Shown: positions 39,184-53,430, counted from the stretch's first letter. The stretch: 64,000 bases of DNA from Bigelowiella natans CCMP2755 (GCA_000320545.1 ADNK01001015.1:1-64000), one strand, 5' to 3'. Translations and numbers: made by a program. Notes: generated by a model from the sequence alone, not told the origin.

Positions 39184-42100
39184 GAAGCCACCGAGGAGAA
39201 GACTAACTGCAAAGTGAACATCTTATTTCAAATTAATTTATAATTTATAATTTTGCTACTCACGCAGCAAAGATTGTCGTCTCCGAAACAAGCACACTCT
39301 CCATCCTAGTACAAAAAGAACACACAAAAATGTGATGCGATGATCATACTCAAATTTGCTCATGCCGGTAATTGATGATGAGTGTGCCTCTTATTGGAAG
39401 AAGCTTATTCTCATTGGGTGGTGGAATAATATGTCGGATTTGGGCAATAACCTGCAAATTTGCGCAGCCAAAGATGTTGTATGGCGCAAAGTGATTACTG
39501 GTATATCTGAGCAAGGTGGTGGTGGAGGAGGACGAGGAGGAGAAAAAAAAAAGAGAACCAGGGGTGAATCTCAATCCAGTACTTTGTTACTTTCACCATT
39601 ATTGATTTTTAGTGACTCGTCGTCACCATCAAACAAAATCAACATATTATCTTAATCACTGGCAACATATCAAAAAGAAACATTTCTATCGACAGATGCC
39701 AGAATCTTTAAATAAGCGTCACACAGTGACGGTGGTGGTTGCGGTGGTAATGATAATTAATGAGATGATAGGTAAAGGAGAATATCCATACACTTCTATC
39801 GCAAAGATAAGTACTGACTTTCCACCACATATCCAGCAAAACTCATATTTGCATTGATAGCACGTCATATGATTGCAGCCGCTGTAGTGTTAAACACGAA
39901 CGTAGTATTAGATCAGAGATATTTGAGAGGATCATTAGAATTTATATGTCAATAAATATTGATAAATCAGATACTTTGGTAGGTACTCTTTTTTTTATGC
40001 AAATGAATCTACTGACCTGTTCTTTTCAATATCCGCTCTACATTGTGGGCATTTCTTCACATTGTGCTGAAATATTCAATATATTCAAAAAAAGACATGA
40101 AATCTCGATGAAATAAAGCGTGGCACCTCAACAATATACGTCTACTAAAATCTTTCACAAGATCAGCATGGATATTACTTCCTAAAGTAACTGCTATTTC
40201 AATACCATTATTCTATAGGCGGCATATGCTTTGTTCTTTGATTCCTGCGCAGCTCGCTCACATGAGCCTCTATGGAAAGCGTCCCCGCAATTCCAGCAAA
40301 TCGAGGTTTGGCATAATTCACAGGTTGCCTATCATGTAAAGAGTGAGTGACGCCACCCTTTTAACCCACAGGGATGATGGATGGAAAAATGCCACTTGAC
40401 ATCATCTTACTTGATAGACATTATGGACGAGTGAACGAACTAATATATCATTTTCTGTGAATCGTGTATAATGTCTTCTGATATTTTGTTGTACCACACC
40501 TTTCGGGATCCCGTTTTCTTCCTAAGAATACCTTCGCAGTTGGGAGTTATGCACCTGATAATTCATCGTGACTCACAATAAGTACAGGTAGTAGCAGCTT
40601 GAGCAGCAATAGGTTTTACATCATCGACTCTGGTATGTACATGATTTCTATTCATCCTTCTTGAAACAAATGCTGCATATGATCTTCTACTCACGTATTA
40701 AAATAGAAGTTTACCAGCGTTGATCTGAGGAAGCCGCAACCTCCTTATCTCTTTTAAACTTCTCATATTTTTTTGCTGTTTCTGAGGAGATGGGGAATCA
40801 TAATTACTTATATGAGAGACCGATAGCTCCACAATTCGATGTATTTATTGTGTCCTAACCTTCGTCGACGCATCGCATTATCTCGTCTGAAGAAATCTAG
40901 AACGTGCATACCGAAGAACGAGGAGTTTCAGATATGATGTCGCAAAGAAAGACAAAACAATGTCTAAAACGGGCTATTATCACTGGCTTTCAACACAATG
41001 TAGCTTCCTAGAGTTCAATGCATTTTGGAAAATATAAAGTATCTGAATATATTCAGGAATTAAGCATTCTAAGTTCCACTTTTGAATATGCCTGAAGGTT
41101 CTAACCAGGTGACGAATTTCAGGTGAATTGTGCTGATAAACTCATAAAAATTAATAAGATTTTCCTTACTCCTACCTCTCGTGAGCAATTTGATTCTGGG
41201 CATGTTAGATTAATCACTTTGCCATCCTGTAACAGACAAATCCCTTAAGAACAATATATAATTTCCATCGCCACTTGCTGACCGTTGTTGCTCATATTCT
41301 ATTGATTATTGCATCATCACCATCTGACCTTTATCCACACTTCAAGGTATCGTGAATAGCAATCCTTGCAATAGTTATGATTGCATGCTACATTCTGAAA
41401 TGACGATCTGATTGATAAAGATGTTGTAGAGTGTGACATCAATTGAAATTTGAGAAGTAAGTATAAGGAACAGAATAATGTGGATTTACTTTGGAAGATC
41501 GCAGAGACATATTCCACATGAAACCTGATAAATGTATTGTCAGTGTTATCTATGTCACCCCATTTGCTTAGATCCAAATCTTAAATTAACCATTTCCTCT
41601 GATAGTAGTCCTTTACCTGAAAATGATGGAAAATTACATAATTCTGCTATCACCCTCAAATTAAACACGAAGATCATTAAGGTTGATTGTTTCTCATTTT
41701 GTTATACGTACTCTCTTCCTGTTGTATGGAATTGTTTCCAGATGCTGTAGTCGTCGCTGGCTTTGTCTGGCAGGGATGGGGGGATTACAACATCATGTAA
41801 ATTAGGGGAATGAAGACAGAATGTCTGATTCGGTGAAATCTGAATCATCTTAATGGCTAATCAGGTCTTTCCAAATCTCATATTTTGAATGAGAGGAATT
41901 CGACATTTAGATCTTCTTTTGCAATCACCTTTGATTCATTGGAAATCTGACGCTGCAATTCAGGGAGTACATTTCTGAGTTATTTACAGAGCACATACAA
42001 GCTCAACGATGCAGGTTCGTACTGAGCATATCAGTAATCTTTACAAGATACCTGATCTCTTCCACTTCTACTGAATCTCCAGGCCTCTTGGCTATGAGTG

Positions 42101-43144
42101 CTACCGAAGCTTTAAACTCAGCTAATCTCTGTGTGAGAGAATGAGTGGGTAATAAGAATCAAACATTAGGTCCCCCGTCGAACCCCAAAATAACGCATGA
42201 TTTGAACAGAATGTTCCAAATGACGCCTGAAGTCACCTTTTTCTGTAGTTCCTCATTTTGGCCAACTTTTTCGTTCTCTTTTGATGCCTTCGTTTTGCTT
42301 TCGGAATTTTTTAAAACGCGCTCTATAACTGAGGTTGTTTTGAATTTATGGATATTTAGAGGGAAGAATCACAACTCTAATATTTTAATATGTTTGAAAT
42401 ATCATACTGTATTATATGCATGGAATCGAAGAACCACCTTCCTCAACAGTATTTTCTTTGACTTCTTTCAAAATCGTCTCCGTGTTTTCCGGGCTGAATG
42501 AATATTGGAAAAGGACATTAGTGATAGACAGTTTCAGCGCCACTGACTTCTTACATAATTGTAAGAGAATCGCTTCAAAGAAAATCACCACCTGTATCCA
42601 AGTTCTACAAGAAGACGGTGCAGCTTAACCAGACGATTCGCTTTACTTTTCTGGATATAATTTATTCATAAGGTTCATCGTTAGAACATGTATCGATAGA
42701 AATTGTAATAAGAATTCCCCTAACTTCTTACTTTCTCGAATTTTGTCTCTAAGTAGTTGTAGTTCCTTGCAATATTTATTTTTTGCGTTGCAGCTGGAGC
42801 TGAGACTTGCCTGGACACGCAGGAAATGATGGTAATATATAATTTGTTTGTAAACTTGGAAGTAAAATCGATGATGTCATGTAAATAGCATAGTTAGTTT
42901 CTTACAAATTACCTCTGAAATAGTGGAGTTGGCGACTTTCTTTCATATCTGGAAAATGTTCAAAACATGGATCATTTGAAGATAGTAGTAATTCGAATTG
43001 ATGAATACTTACTGTTGGGAATTGCCTACAGGAGCAGACAGCATGCGCCTTGGCTGAACATCAAGGGGTACCTTCAAAAAGAACATATAAGACGAATTTG
43101 ACAAAGGGGATCACAATGACAATTACATTTTGCGTGTCACTCAT
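38555..43144 (-). CDS. RBR-type E3 ubiquitin ligase (UBA-like, RING1, IBR, Rcat, Cys-rich linker, C-terminal TM; RNF19/RNF144/RNF217-like architecture); 3' end approximate
   Basis: LVELGYSPENTETILKEV (UBA-like); RING1 CGICLCD..CNHNYCKDC..LTCPESNC; IBR RWCITPNC..TCELCQTSICWNCGDAFHRGSC; Rcat [33 protein letters not shown]; hydrophobic VVCFALMVPCCPCLTLLG. Confidence 0.9.
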
Positions 43145-43866
43145 TAGATAAGTTTCGTTTCCACTCTTTCTCTTTTATAATGGTGCTTCGAAGCAATCTA
43201 AGGTATATTAAGTTGAAGCCTTGTCCCCCAGTCCTCCTGAGCTATGATTCTTTCTTATATTTTAGTCACACAGCAGGGTTCTCGTTAAGAAAACAGTATC
43301 GAGGCCATTGAACGTTCGCGTTTCTGTAACTTGCAATCCTTGATATTATATTTCGATCTATTATTATCTCAGGTACAAACAATGATAGCAAGCTGGATTA
43401 TGTCAAGGGAATTTACCCAAGAAACAACAACAACTTCGATCAAGAAATTAGCAATAAGAAATAAGAATAGTGATCAAAAAGAACAAAAAAGGAGGAGGAG
43501 AGGGAGTTCGAGCTTAACGGCAAGCATGATTGAAAATACATGAAAATCGCATGATTTTTGTGGCTACACTGATTGGTTTTTTGTCGCGATAAGGAAACGG
43601 ATGTCAAATTCGAAGGCCTTGGACACTACTAAGGACGTCGCTAAATTTCAGAGGCAAAATGCCAAAATGATTAGGTTGTCGTAGAGGATGATTAAGGGCT
43701 TTTTGCACGATGCGACAATATACTCTTATGATCACGTCCAGCGGTGAGCACGAAGACCCGACGACTCAGATCGATTGTGGGAGGCCTAGGGAACAAGGAA
43801 GATGATGGCGTAGCCAGCCTTAGAGTAACTATCTACCAGATACGATTACTAGTATCAAAAAAGAAA

Positions 43867-44092
43867 ATGAGGCCTGCAACTAAAGGAGTATATGGGTTGA
43901 GAAGATTGACAATCTTCACCATCCTTTACGGGATCATCGATTCTTCAAGCACAGCAGCAGCCACTCAGAATTCGAATCGACCTCGGGAAAAGGGGGACTC
44001 AGAGTCACGTATCTTCGAAGGTTTTATGCACGCATGACACGCACACACACACACACACACACACAAACATATAGACAGACAACGCAACACAA

Positions 44093-44134
<42 letters not shown>

Positions 44135-47100
44135 TGAGATTGAGTATATTTTCCATTTAGAAACACGCGTGGATCCTTTGTGCAATCCGTGCAATGGTCT
44201 CCCTCCGACTCACATCGTTATGATAGTACCAGATACAATGAGCTCTTCTGGTACAAACGAGTATAGAGTGAATATGGAGATTCTAATACCGATTTCTAAA
44301 TTCAGAAAATCTTTTGTTAAGTCGCTCTATTTATGGACTATGGCAAGGAGAGTTTGGGATGCTATCCAACCGATGTGGTGGAGTTGGCAATTTGACCATA
44401 ATTACAGTAATATACCTGATATTATTCAACACGCAAGTAGTAGTAGTACTAAAACATATTAGCTAAAACAAGGTTTACAATAATGAATTCACTACACCTT
44501 ACTACATAGAATACGACAGCAATGACAAATATAATAACGGCAGCTAAACCTACGACTGCTATTAAAAATTTATTGCTTTTTATGATCATCATCCTCAGTA
44601 CAATACGTTAATCTCCAAGAAATCGCTAGGGAAAATCATCAGAACATGTCAGATACCCCCCACTTCTGGCACCTCATCGGTCGGACAACACGTAACGGAT
44701 CTTCTTCAAAATTGTGGATTTCCAAGGACCAGTGTATTATCATCGACAAATACAATTTCTCTGGATGAGGATACTCCCACCAAAGCTCAAATTGGCCAAT
44801 ATTCGAGTCGTCGCCGCACCCTTGGAGCTCTCAAGGCACTTCAGAACGCTCTTATACCTCACAACTATCAAACGAAGCCTCACCAACTTTCCACAGCAGC
44901 AGCAGCAAATATGGCAGAAATAGATCCATTCGAAGGGTTTGGTCGGTTGCATTTCATTCTATTCGCTTCCTCATCGCAGCTACCTGCTCACCAGCACCAG
45001 AAAGAGGTGAGGAAAGAGGATGATGACCAAGCTAAAGATCCTCCTCCTTCTCCTCCTCGGGTTCCAAGCGAAGTAGACCTCCGTTTAGCCGTGGCAGAGA
45101 CTTCCCGTAGATTCATCTCCAACTTGAATCATAATAAGAATGTGCGAGCCAAGGCGTCGTCGTCGTCGTCGTCGTCTCTTGTGATTGTGCTAAGTGAAGG
45201 GGATGATGATGACACCGACGACGATATGCGTAGATGGCTTGGCCTTCCAAGCATTATCAGTCAGTATCCAAACGGTCTGGGGTTCAATGGGATTATGACA
45301 CTTAAATTGCTTGATATACAGCGGAGAAAGAAAATCAAGCAGGTAGTAGTTTGCTAGGATACACCAGTATATAAAGGTGATGATAAAGACAACAACAACA
45401 ACAACAGAAATGAGTACTAATGGCCTTAAGAAGAGAGAAACTTTATGCGCGCCGAAGAGTAGTATGATAATCTTTGTCCGTCGTTGTACGACGATAGGCA
45501 CCAGTGACACTACTCTCTATGCTCATGCAACCATCCATCCATCCATCCACCTGCCATCACAGGACATGGAGAAATCTTTGTTAGAATCTATACTTCAGTT
45601 GGGTGGACGAGCACGAGTGCTGACGGGTAGTAGTATAGTTGTGGTACTAGTAGTAGCAGTAGTAGTAATAGCTTGAGTAGTAGTAAAAGAAGAAGAAGAA
45701 GAAGAAGAGGACAACAGCTACTGCGTGAATACTGATATTAGCATGGCGATGACGACGACAATAACGATAGTAAGGCATGGAATTAGTTCTTCCCCTTTCT
45801 CAGGAGAATGCGTGGCGGATTATGGGCTTGCTGGCACGCAAAGACTGATGAAGGGAGAGGGGTGTGGGAAAGGTTGTGCTACACACATAGACGACGACGA
45901 CGACGACGACGAAGACAGGCTAGGAACATATTAAGCAATCTTCTTTGACGAGAGCTGATATCAGTGGATAATCATCAACCCAGCATATGCTTCTTCTTCT
46001 TCTTCTTCTACTACTACTTCTACTACTACTACTTCATACAAGATCCAGCACGGAAGAAGAAGAAGAAGATGATGATGAAGATGAAGAAGAAGAACACCTC
46101 TATATCTATGCTACGTGTCTGTTATATTGTAATTATAATTATTATTATGATCAGCCCTTTGGACGGTGACAGATGCCTTGCGAAACTATGTACCGTTTAC
46201 AATCAAGAGGTAGTACTAGTTACATCCACGTGCAACCGGAACAACGATCAGTGTGTGATAACAATGATAATGACAATGACAATGATGACGATGATGATGA
46301 TCACTATGGGGATCTCTGCATGAAGTATTGGTACCGTTTGAAATGGTGGTAAGCCTCTGTTATTAGTCATAGTAATACTTGCAGCAGCAGCAGTGCTTGT
46401 ACCTATTAATTGTTAAGGTAGTAGTAGCAGTAGTCGTAGTAGCAGCCGTAGAGATTTCATCATCATCATCATCATTGTTATCGTCATCATCATTGTTATC
46501 GTCATCATCACCATCATCATCATCAAATCAGTCTTCTACCTGGATTTGGACCCTTTGGCGCCAAAGAGGCTGCACACTGTGACCTGTGTTTTGGCGTTGG
46601 TAACACATGCTCACAGGGCGAGAAGACAAGCGCTCAAGAAGATGATGGCAGCAACAGCGACGACAACGATGATGATGACGCTATGGACGGGAAGCTTTGT
46701 CTACCAGATGTGGTAGTAAATGATAAAGTTCCAACTGCTGCTGCTGCTGCTACTGGCATTGTGTCGTCGTCGTCGTCATCGTCATTATCGTCGCTGTCAT
46801 ATAGTTCGTCTTTCCAGATTCACCATCATATCTACAATGATGATGATGATAACAATGATGGTGACAAAGATGTGAAGATTATAGTCACAAATGACGATGA
46901 AGATGATGATAATGATGATGTTATAGGGTTGCTCATCATCAAGTCGCCATACTCCAAGCAGCAGTATCCAGTCACCCCTTCCAGCAGATATAAATCCCAC
47001 CATCTCATCTTCTTCTTCTTCTCCGCATTGCTTCAAATACGATGATGATGACGACGAGGATGTTTGCAGAGTAGACGATGACGAACAAGTCAGTGTTACG

Positions 47101-47572
47101 ATGCAACGAGGACAAAAACAACAACAACAACTGCAAAACCAAAAAAAAGAAGAAGCGGAGGAGGAACTGGTGGAAGAAGAAGCATGGAAACCATTTCAAT
47201 TATTCTCTTCAATGCACTCATTGTCCTCCTCCTCCTCCTCCTCCTCCTCCTCCTCCTCCTCCTCCCAGAATCAGAGAGCAGCGTCATCGTCATCATCATC
47301 ATCGTCGTCGTCGTCGTCGTCATCAGTGGCAATATGGGACTGGAATGAAGTCTCGGTACGGTTTGGAGGTAATCTAACAAAGATGAGCTTGGATTTAGCA
47401 CGTCTAAGAGTCCCTGCAATAGTAAGAAATACCCACATTCTCAGGTAGGAGTAGTAGTAGTAGTAGTAGTAGTAGTAATAGTATTCGTTGTAGTAGATGA
47501 AGCAATTATCATCATCATCCTCAATATAGTGTCGTCATCAATATTAATATTGGTGGCCTGAATAGAGTAGTG

Positions 47573-47620
<48 letters not shown>

Positions 47621-47724
47621 ATTGGTGTATGAGACAAAGAAGAAGAAAAAAAGAAGAAGAAGATAATGAAAAAAAAGTAGAAAGGGAGGGCAATTGAGAC
47701 ACAAAAATGACTCTCCACATTCTC

Positions 47725-47780
<56 letters not shown>

Positions 47781-50722
47781 AAAACTTCCTCACTGCTGAT
47801 GCGTCTCATTGTTATGACTGATTGGCAGTAAACAAGCAGCAAATGAGTGGATATCAGAAGGAAAGTTTATAGGGGTCCAAAGGGCTCTGGAGAGCAACCA
47901 TGATGAGGTAGTACTATTGCTATCTTCATGTCGTGGAATTTGTCACGATGCAACAAGATGTGTGTGTGTGTGTGTGTGAATGTAGTTTATCATCCATTGG
48001 CGTCTTCCTATGCTCTCTGCTGACTTAATTCATGCTTCTCCTCGTGATAAATCGTAGCAGTAATCGTGCAATCAATGAATAACCTTGTTTCCTACTTTTC
48101 CCCCACCTCGCATTATGTATTTATAACTCCTCTTTCTCTTGTTGTCTCCCTTCACATTAATTTCATGGTATTCATCATCTCTGTCTGTCTGTGTCTGTGT
48201 GTGTGTGTGTGTGTTCCTGAAGAAAGGAGCCCTGAAAGGAGGAGTCCTACGTGGCAAGCATCCCCCATTATTCTTCTTTTGGGATAAAACACAACCTTTG
48301 CACCACGTGGTAGGAGGAGGAGGAGGAGGAGGAGGAGGAGGGAAGGGGAAAGACAGACAGACAGAAGAGGAAGGCATCATCTACAATGATAATGATGATG
48401 ATGATCATGATGATGATGATACTACACAGCTTTTCTTGTTGTAAAGAAAGAAAAAGGAATCTTCTATGATACACAGATTATTATTATTATTATTATTATT
48501 ATTATAATTGTCTTGCTGTTGTAGTAGTAGTAGGTAGCAGTAGTAGTAGAAGCAGAAGTAGGAGTAGTGGTGGAAGTCATTACAAATATTTGGAGGAGGA
48601 AGAGGGGAAGAGAGAAGCACGAAGAACAAATTGAGTGATAAAGCAACCATCATTTTGACTTGATGTTTGGCTCGAATATTGTTGTGATTGTGTGTATGTG
48701 TGTGTGTGTTGTATCACTCTACAAACCAATCAATCATCAGAGATCCTGGGATTTTACGTTTAAGAATGTCTCGATGTCGGCGGCGGAGTTGATCAAGAAA
48801 GCTTTGTTAAAGAATCAAGATGCAGCACCAAAAGAAGAAGAGGAAGGAGGAGGAAATGCGGCTGGAGGATCGCTAGAAGAAGTAAAACAGGACCCTGCTG
48901 ATGCTGCACAAGACAACAATAACAACAACAACAACAACTACTACTACTACTACTACCTCGGAGATATGCCAAAGAGTATGCAAGAGAATGGTTTCAACCG
49001 CTCAGCCATATTCTTATCGGAGAAAGATCGGCAAAGAGATCAACACACGCAATACCTTTGGCTGTCGTCTGGAGGCGTAGTAACACACACGCACTGTGAT
49101 ATGGATCACAACCTCTTCATTCAAATATACGGCAATAAGGTGGGGTGAATGCATCCATGCATTGCACATATGCAAAAGGAGGAGGAGGAGGAGGAGGAAG
49201 AAAAGACAGAAGAGAACAAGAGCACCACCCAACAAGATAAAGAACAGAACACAACTAACTCTATCCTCAATGGAGAGTGAATGATGATGACGACGATGAT
49301 GATGATGATGATAGCAGCCGAGTAGCTAATGCCGCTGTGTATACTGTGAGTAATTGCTTTGTTTTCAAAGTCCCCTCTCGTCATTGTAGCGATTGATCTC
49401 AAACCCTAGCAAATCCATACTCATATTCCTTATTAACCATCATCAGACCTTCTATCTTCGGCCTCCACATTCTTTCTCGGATCTTCGCTTGTTTCCACGT
49501 ATCCACCCCCTCTGGCATAAGTCACAGCAGCTAAATACTGATGCTGCTGCTACTGCTTCTTCTGATGGAGAGCAGCACTCTTACCATGCTCATCTTTCTC
49601 CTGGAGATCTACTGTGCGTAAACTACCATCAACACTGTGAAAGTAAAGAAGAAGAAGAAGAAGAAGAAGAAGAAGAAGAAACACATGCATTATTATTTCT
49701 TGTGCATGTTCCCCCCCCCCTCCTAGTGCTCTACTTGCTTCTATGCATGTCAGTATTGATTCGCTCTCTACGAATTGTCCTCATCGATTGTTAATGGCTG
49801 TTGTTGTTATAAATATGATCATAGGTACGTACCTCCCTATTGGTTTCACAAAGTCGTTTCAAACACAGCATCTATTTCAGCTACAGCTTGGTAGTAGTAG
49901 TAGCAGTGGTAGTTGTAACATAATATTTATACATTATTCCTAGCATCTTTTAATGTGCTTGTATTACCACTACTGCTGCTGCTGATTGTAGTGATTATAG
50001 TGATTGTCGTGATTATCGTGCTGCCGTCGAGATTAAGCTTGAGATATAATAGACTATGTGGTGCATGTATGTTGTGGCATAATGGTAGGTCACTCGATTA
50101 CGAGCATTACGAAAGGATGGACTCGATATACAGGTGCTGCTGTGGTTAGTTCTAATGGATGATGACAGCGACGGCACCCGTTGATTGGAGTTAGGAGGAA
50201 GAAGGGAACCAACGCTCTACCACCGTGTGTTATATCGGCACTGATGATGACGATTATTGTGATTTTACCCACATTAGTGCCTGATAGGTATATCCGCGTC
50301 ATTCTCTTGCTACTGCTGCTTCTACTGTCGCATGTGATATGTGCTTAGATATGAGCAGAAGTTTTCTCGATTCGTACATTCCAAGGGTCGTTTCTATGGG
50401 GTACGGTTGTTCTTAGATTTGCTGCTTCAAAGACTCTATGGGATTGGGTAAATAGTAGTAGCAGTAATTAGTGCCACAGAACAACTGCTGTGAGCAATTC
50501 CCCTGATGATGATAGTAATAGAATAACAATAAACATCAATGATAATAGCATTAAGATATGGGAGAAGGACAGCTGCGTGCACGAAATAGCGATGGTGTAT
50601 TATAATATATCGGCCGATCAATAAGTACGTACTCTTTGTCTGCAAAGTAATACAATAACCTTCTTAATAATCATCTTCATGATTATCACCACCACTACTA
50701 GCCATCTGTCCATACTAACATA

Positions 50723-50771
<49 letters not shown>

Positions 50772-52091
50772 CAGCGCAACCATACCCTATCTCCGCGGCC
50801 TTTTGTCATCTAGGTGAGAAGAACATTAGCATCATCCTGATATTTCTTTATTCTCTATTAATATTGCCGTTATTTATTGTTATTGTTCGTGCTCGTAATA
50901 GTAGTAATAGCAGCAGCAGCAGCAGCAGCAGCAGCTACTAGTAGTGTTAGAATCGTGCCTTCGTTTTTTCCACATAGTAAGTTAGCATAGCAGTAATTAT
51001 TGGCCTTCTGCTCATCAGATATTCTTCCAAGGAAATCAGGGATCTCTTCCCACGAAACACGACTGTTTTTCGTACTTGCCAAATTGAGCGGGTGGGGCCT
51101 AGTATTAGTAGCATTTATGCTGCTTATTCGTGTTATTGGTGATGCATGCTAATTACTTGAACCTACCATTCCGTTTCATCCTCTTCTATTATTGCGACTA
51201 AGCTGTTTCTTCAAATTTAATAATACTCCGAATCTATTGCTCACGCAACACGTAAAACAGCAACTAAAGCATGTTTATGATTATTTGTCATCATGAACAA
51301 TGCGTACCTGGAAGGGCCATCTTCACTATAGTAGTTAAGTGTGATAATTGTATTCCACTCGTCGATAAACTCTCTCTGTCTCTCTCTCTGTGTGTGTGCG
51401 TGTAGGCGATACCCTTGCGGCACCACGTTATTCAGGATAGCAAGTTTGATGCACAAGTACGTACGTCGTCGTCGTCGTTTCCTTGAATTGAATTGTCATT
51501 ACTTGTGCAAGAATAAACAGGGTGCTTATCGTTGCTTGAAAGTGAGCGCTATGGCTATTTGACGCATTTAGGTTATTTCGGAGTTATTCTTCGAGATCAG
51601 TGCAGCTGCTAGGGACATCATGGTAGTATTACCTCTTGCTAAGAGTCTCTTCTTCTTCTTCTTCTTCTTCTTCTTCTTCTTCTTCTGATGATGATGGTGA
51701 TGATGATGATGAGGATAATGATGATGATAAACCTAATGAGCCTACCATTTCTGAGGTTATGAACTACATCGAAGAAGCTACTGCGGCGGCAATAGGCTGG
51801 CAAGGAGTGTACGATATGATGATTAATAAACTGATAAATTCACATAGTAATAATGATACAACTGGTTAACAAATTGTAGTTATAATGACAACATCAATGA
51901 TTCTAAAATAATGATGATGATGATGATGGTGAAAAGGCTTCACCTTTTTCTCTTACAGTACATTTGCTTCTTTCAGATATCCATTCTTCCGCTATTGCTT
52001 CGATGGTAAGCAAGAGTATATCTACGGCACGGAAGATGATGATGATTATTGGGAAGAACCAGGCGACGATGACGGCGACAATGATGTATAG
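43867..52091 (+). CDS. JmjC/cupin-8 Fe(II)-2OG oxygenase with long N-terminal region (could be two genes; splicing at 45.8-46.3 kb unresolved)
   Basis: RVPAIVRN / YYLGD / YLWLSSGGVVTHTHCDMDHNLFIQIYGNK (HxD) / TFYLRPP / HPLWHKSQ / LSPGDLLYVPPYWFHKV (distal His). In-phase exons continue to TAG at 52089-52091. Confidence 0.78.
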
Positions 52092-52229
52092 CACAGTTGC
52101 ATGATGATGTATGAATACACCATCATTCTAATTAGAATATCATGTTAATTTATCAACACGATGGATGTGATAACATTTTGCCGGTCGCAATTATACAATG
52201 GTGAAATAAGCAATTGTGACCATTGCACA

Positions 52230-52690
52230 AAGCGATTATTGTAAGCCGTACCTGCATGATCGATGGTGTGCATGCTCACGTGTTTTCTGCGTCGAGCTAG
52301 CGAGCGTATCGCAGCATCACATGCCTAGATGCACAAGCTAGTTTTAGAACTCGGATGATGATGGCTCACAAGCAGGACTTTTACTCCACATGGAGCATGC
52401 ATGTGCAAAAAGCACAATGATGGCGATGTACATGATCGATTGAGGTCATGAGTCATCGAATCATTTGGCTGGTGCAACAACATGACAATGTGCGTACTGA
52501 ACAAGAAAAAGTGTATAGAATCCGCGGGCATGTACGCTCTGTGCATGCTATGGGCAGTGTGTGTATATGTGGAGGGCTGAAATAGCCGAAGCGAAGGTTG
52601 TAACTGTAACAATGTGTGTACACATTGCACAGCTACATGAGGATGACCATTGAACAAATTTAATTGATTAATTACATCCGTCTTACATAT
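52230..52690. repeat. CATG/TGCA/CTAG-rich intergenic island 6 (convergent gap)
   Basis: gagctagcgagc, gcatgcatgtgca and similar words; ends in dispersed element copy B. Confidence 0.65.
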
Positions 52691-52693
52691 GTA
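52623..52693 (+). repeat. ~65-bp dispersed element, copy B
   Basis: cattgcacagctacatgaggatgaccattgaacaaatttaattgattaattacatccgtcttacatatgta. Confidence 0.88.
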
Positions 52694-52779
52694 ATTCGAC
52701 GAAAGAATGCTGATGCTTTTAAATGTATGAAGCACATAACAACAGAAACAAATAGATTCAACATAATCGCTGTGTCAAT

Positions 52780-53430
52780 CGATCTTTTTATCCACAGCGG
52801 AGGCAGATCGTTGTTCTTCCACTTTATCATATCGAATAAAAAATTAGAGAGGCACAATCATAATCGCATTATCTCAAAGTCACCACAGCTGATCCAATGC
52901 CTTCTCCTGTAACAATTGCACCTGCTGAGCATCCAACATACGTTGCTCCCCGAAGAAGCTCACGCTTTACGGCTTGGTCAAATCCGCTTCTCCGCTTATA
53001 ATATCGCAAGTAGTAAGTGTTACCTCCCTCAATAAAGATCACACTCACTAAGATAGTGTTCAGATTCAATGGCCAACTACACTGAAGCTGCTTAGTTTGT
53101 GAATTTATATCCTTTAAGTCTGCTCTTTTGAACGTCGGCACTCCTATCTGCTATGTCAAACATGTCCATTTCGCAGTTGAATGTTTCTTCTAATTGTTTC
53201 TTTTTCTGGGATACCCGTTTCCATTCATTAGAGTCATCTGAATTGACTTGTGCGGCTATGGTGGGTCATAAGTGTCGCTGTAATGACATAAGCGATTCTG
53301 TTCGTAGATGAGGGTGTGAGCATAGCTTCAAGCTCAGCAAAAGTTTCTCTGACGCGTGCGCCAGCTAAAAAATGATCCTCGAAGGACGTTTGCGTGGAGA
53401 AACGCTCCACCCTCTACTGTTCCTACCATG
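52780..53430 (-). pseudogene. Peptidase S51 (dipeptidase E / class I glutamine amidotransferase-like), apparently disrupted
   Basis: RIAYVITA, VIFIEGGNTYYL and YVGCSAGA (nucleophile elbow) are present. Frames break near 53370 and 53265, no GT donor is visible at the expected intron near 53110, and no downstream His-bearing PH motif was found. Confidence 0.65.

Noticed and set aside
39350-39452. Apparent SET-like NH...INY motif with an in-frame TGA before a GT, suggesting stop recoding
   Set aside because: A normal donor (CAG|GT at ~39451) splices the RBR exon in phase 0 to the next exon, so the TGA is intronic. All intact genes translate in the standard code.
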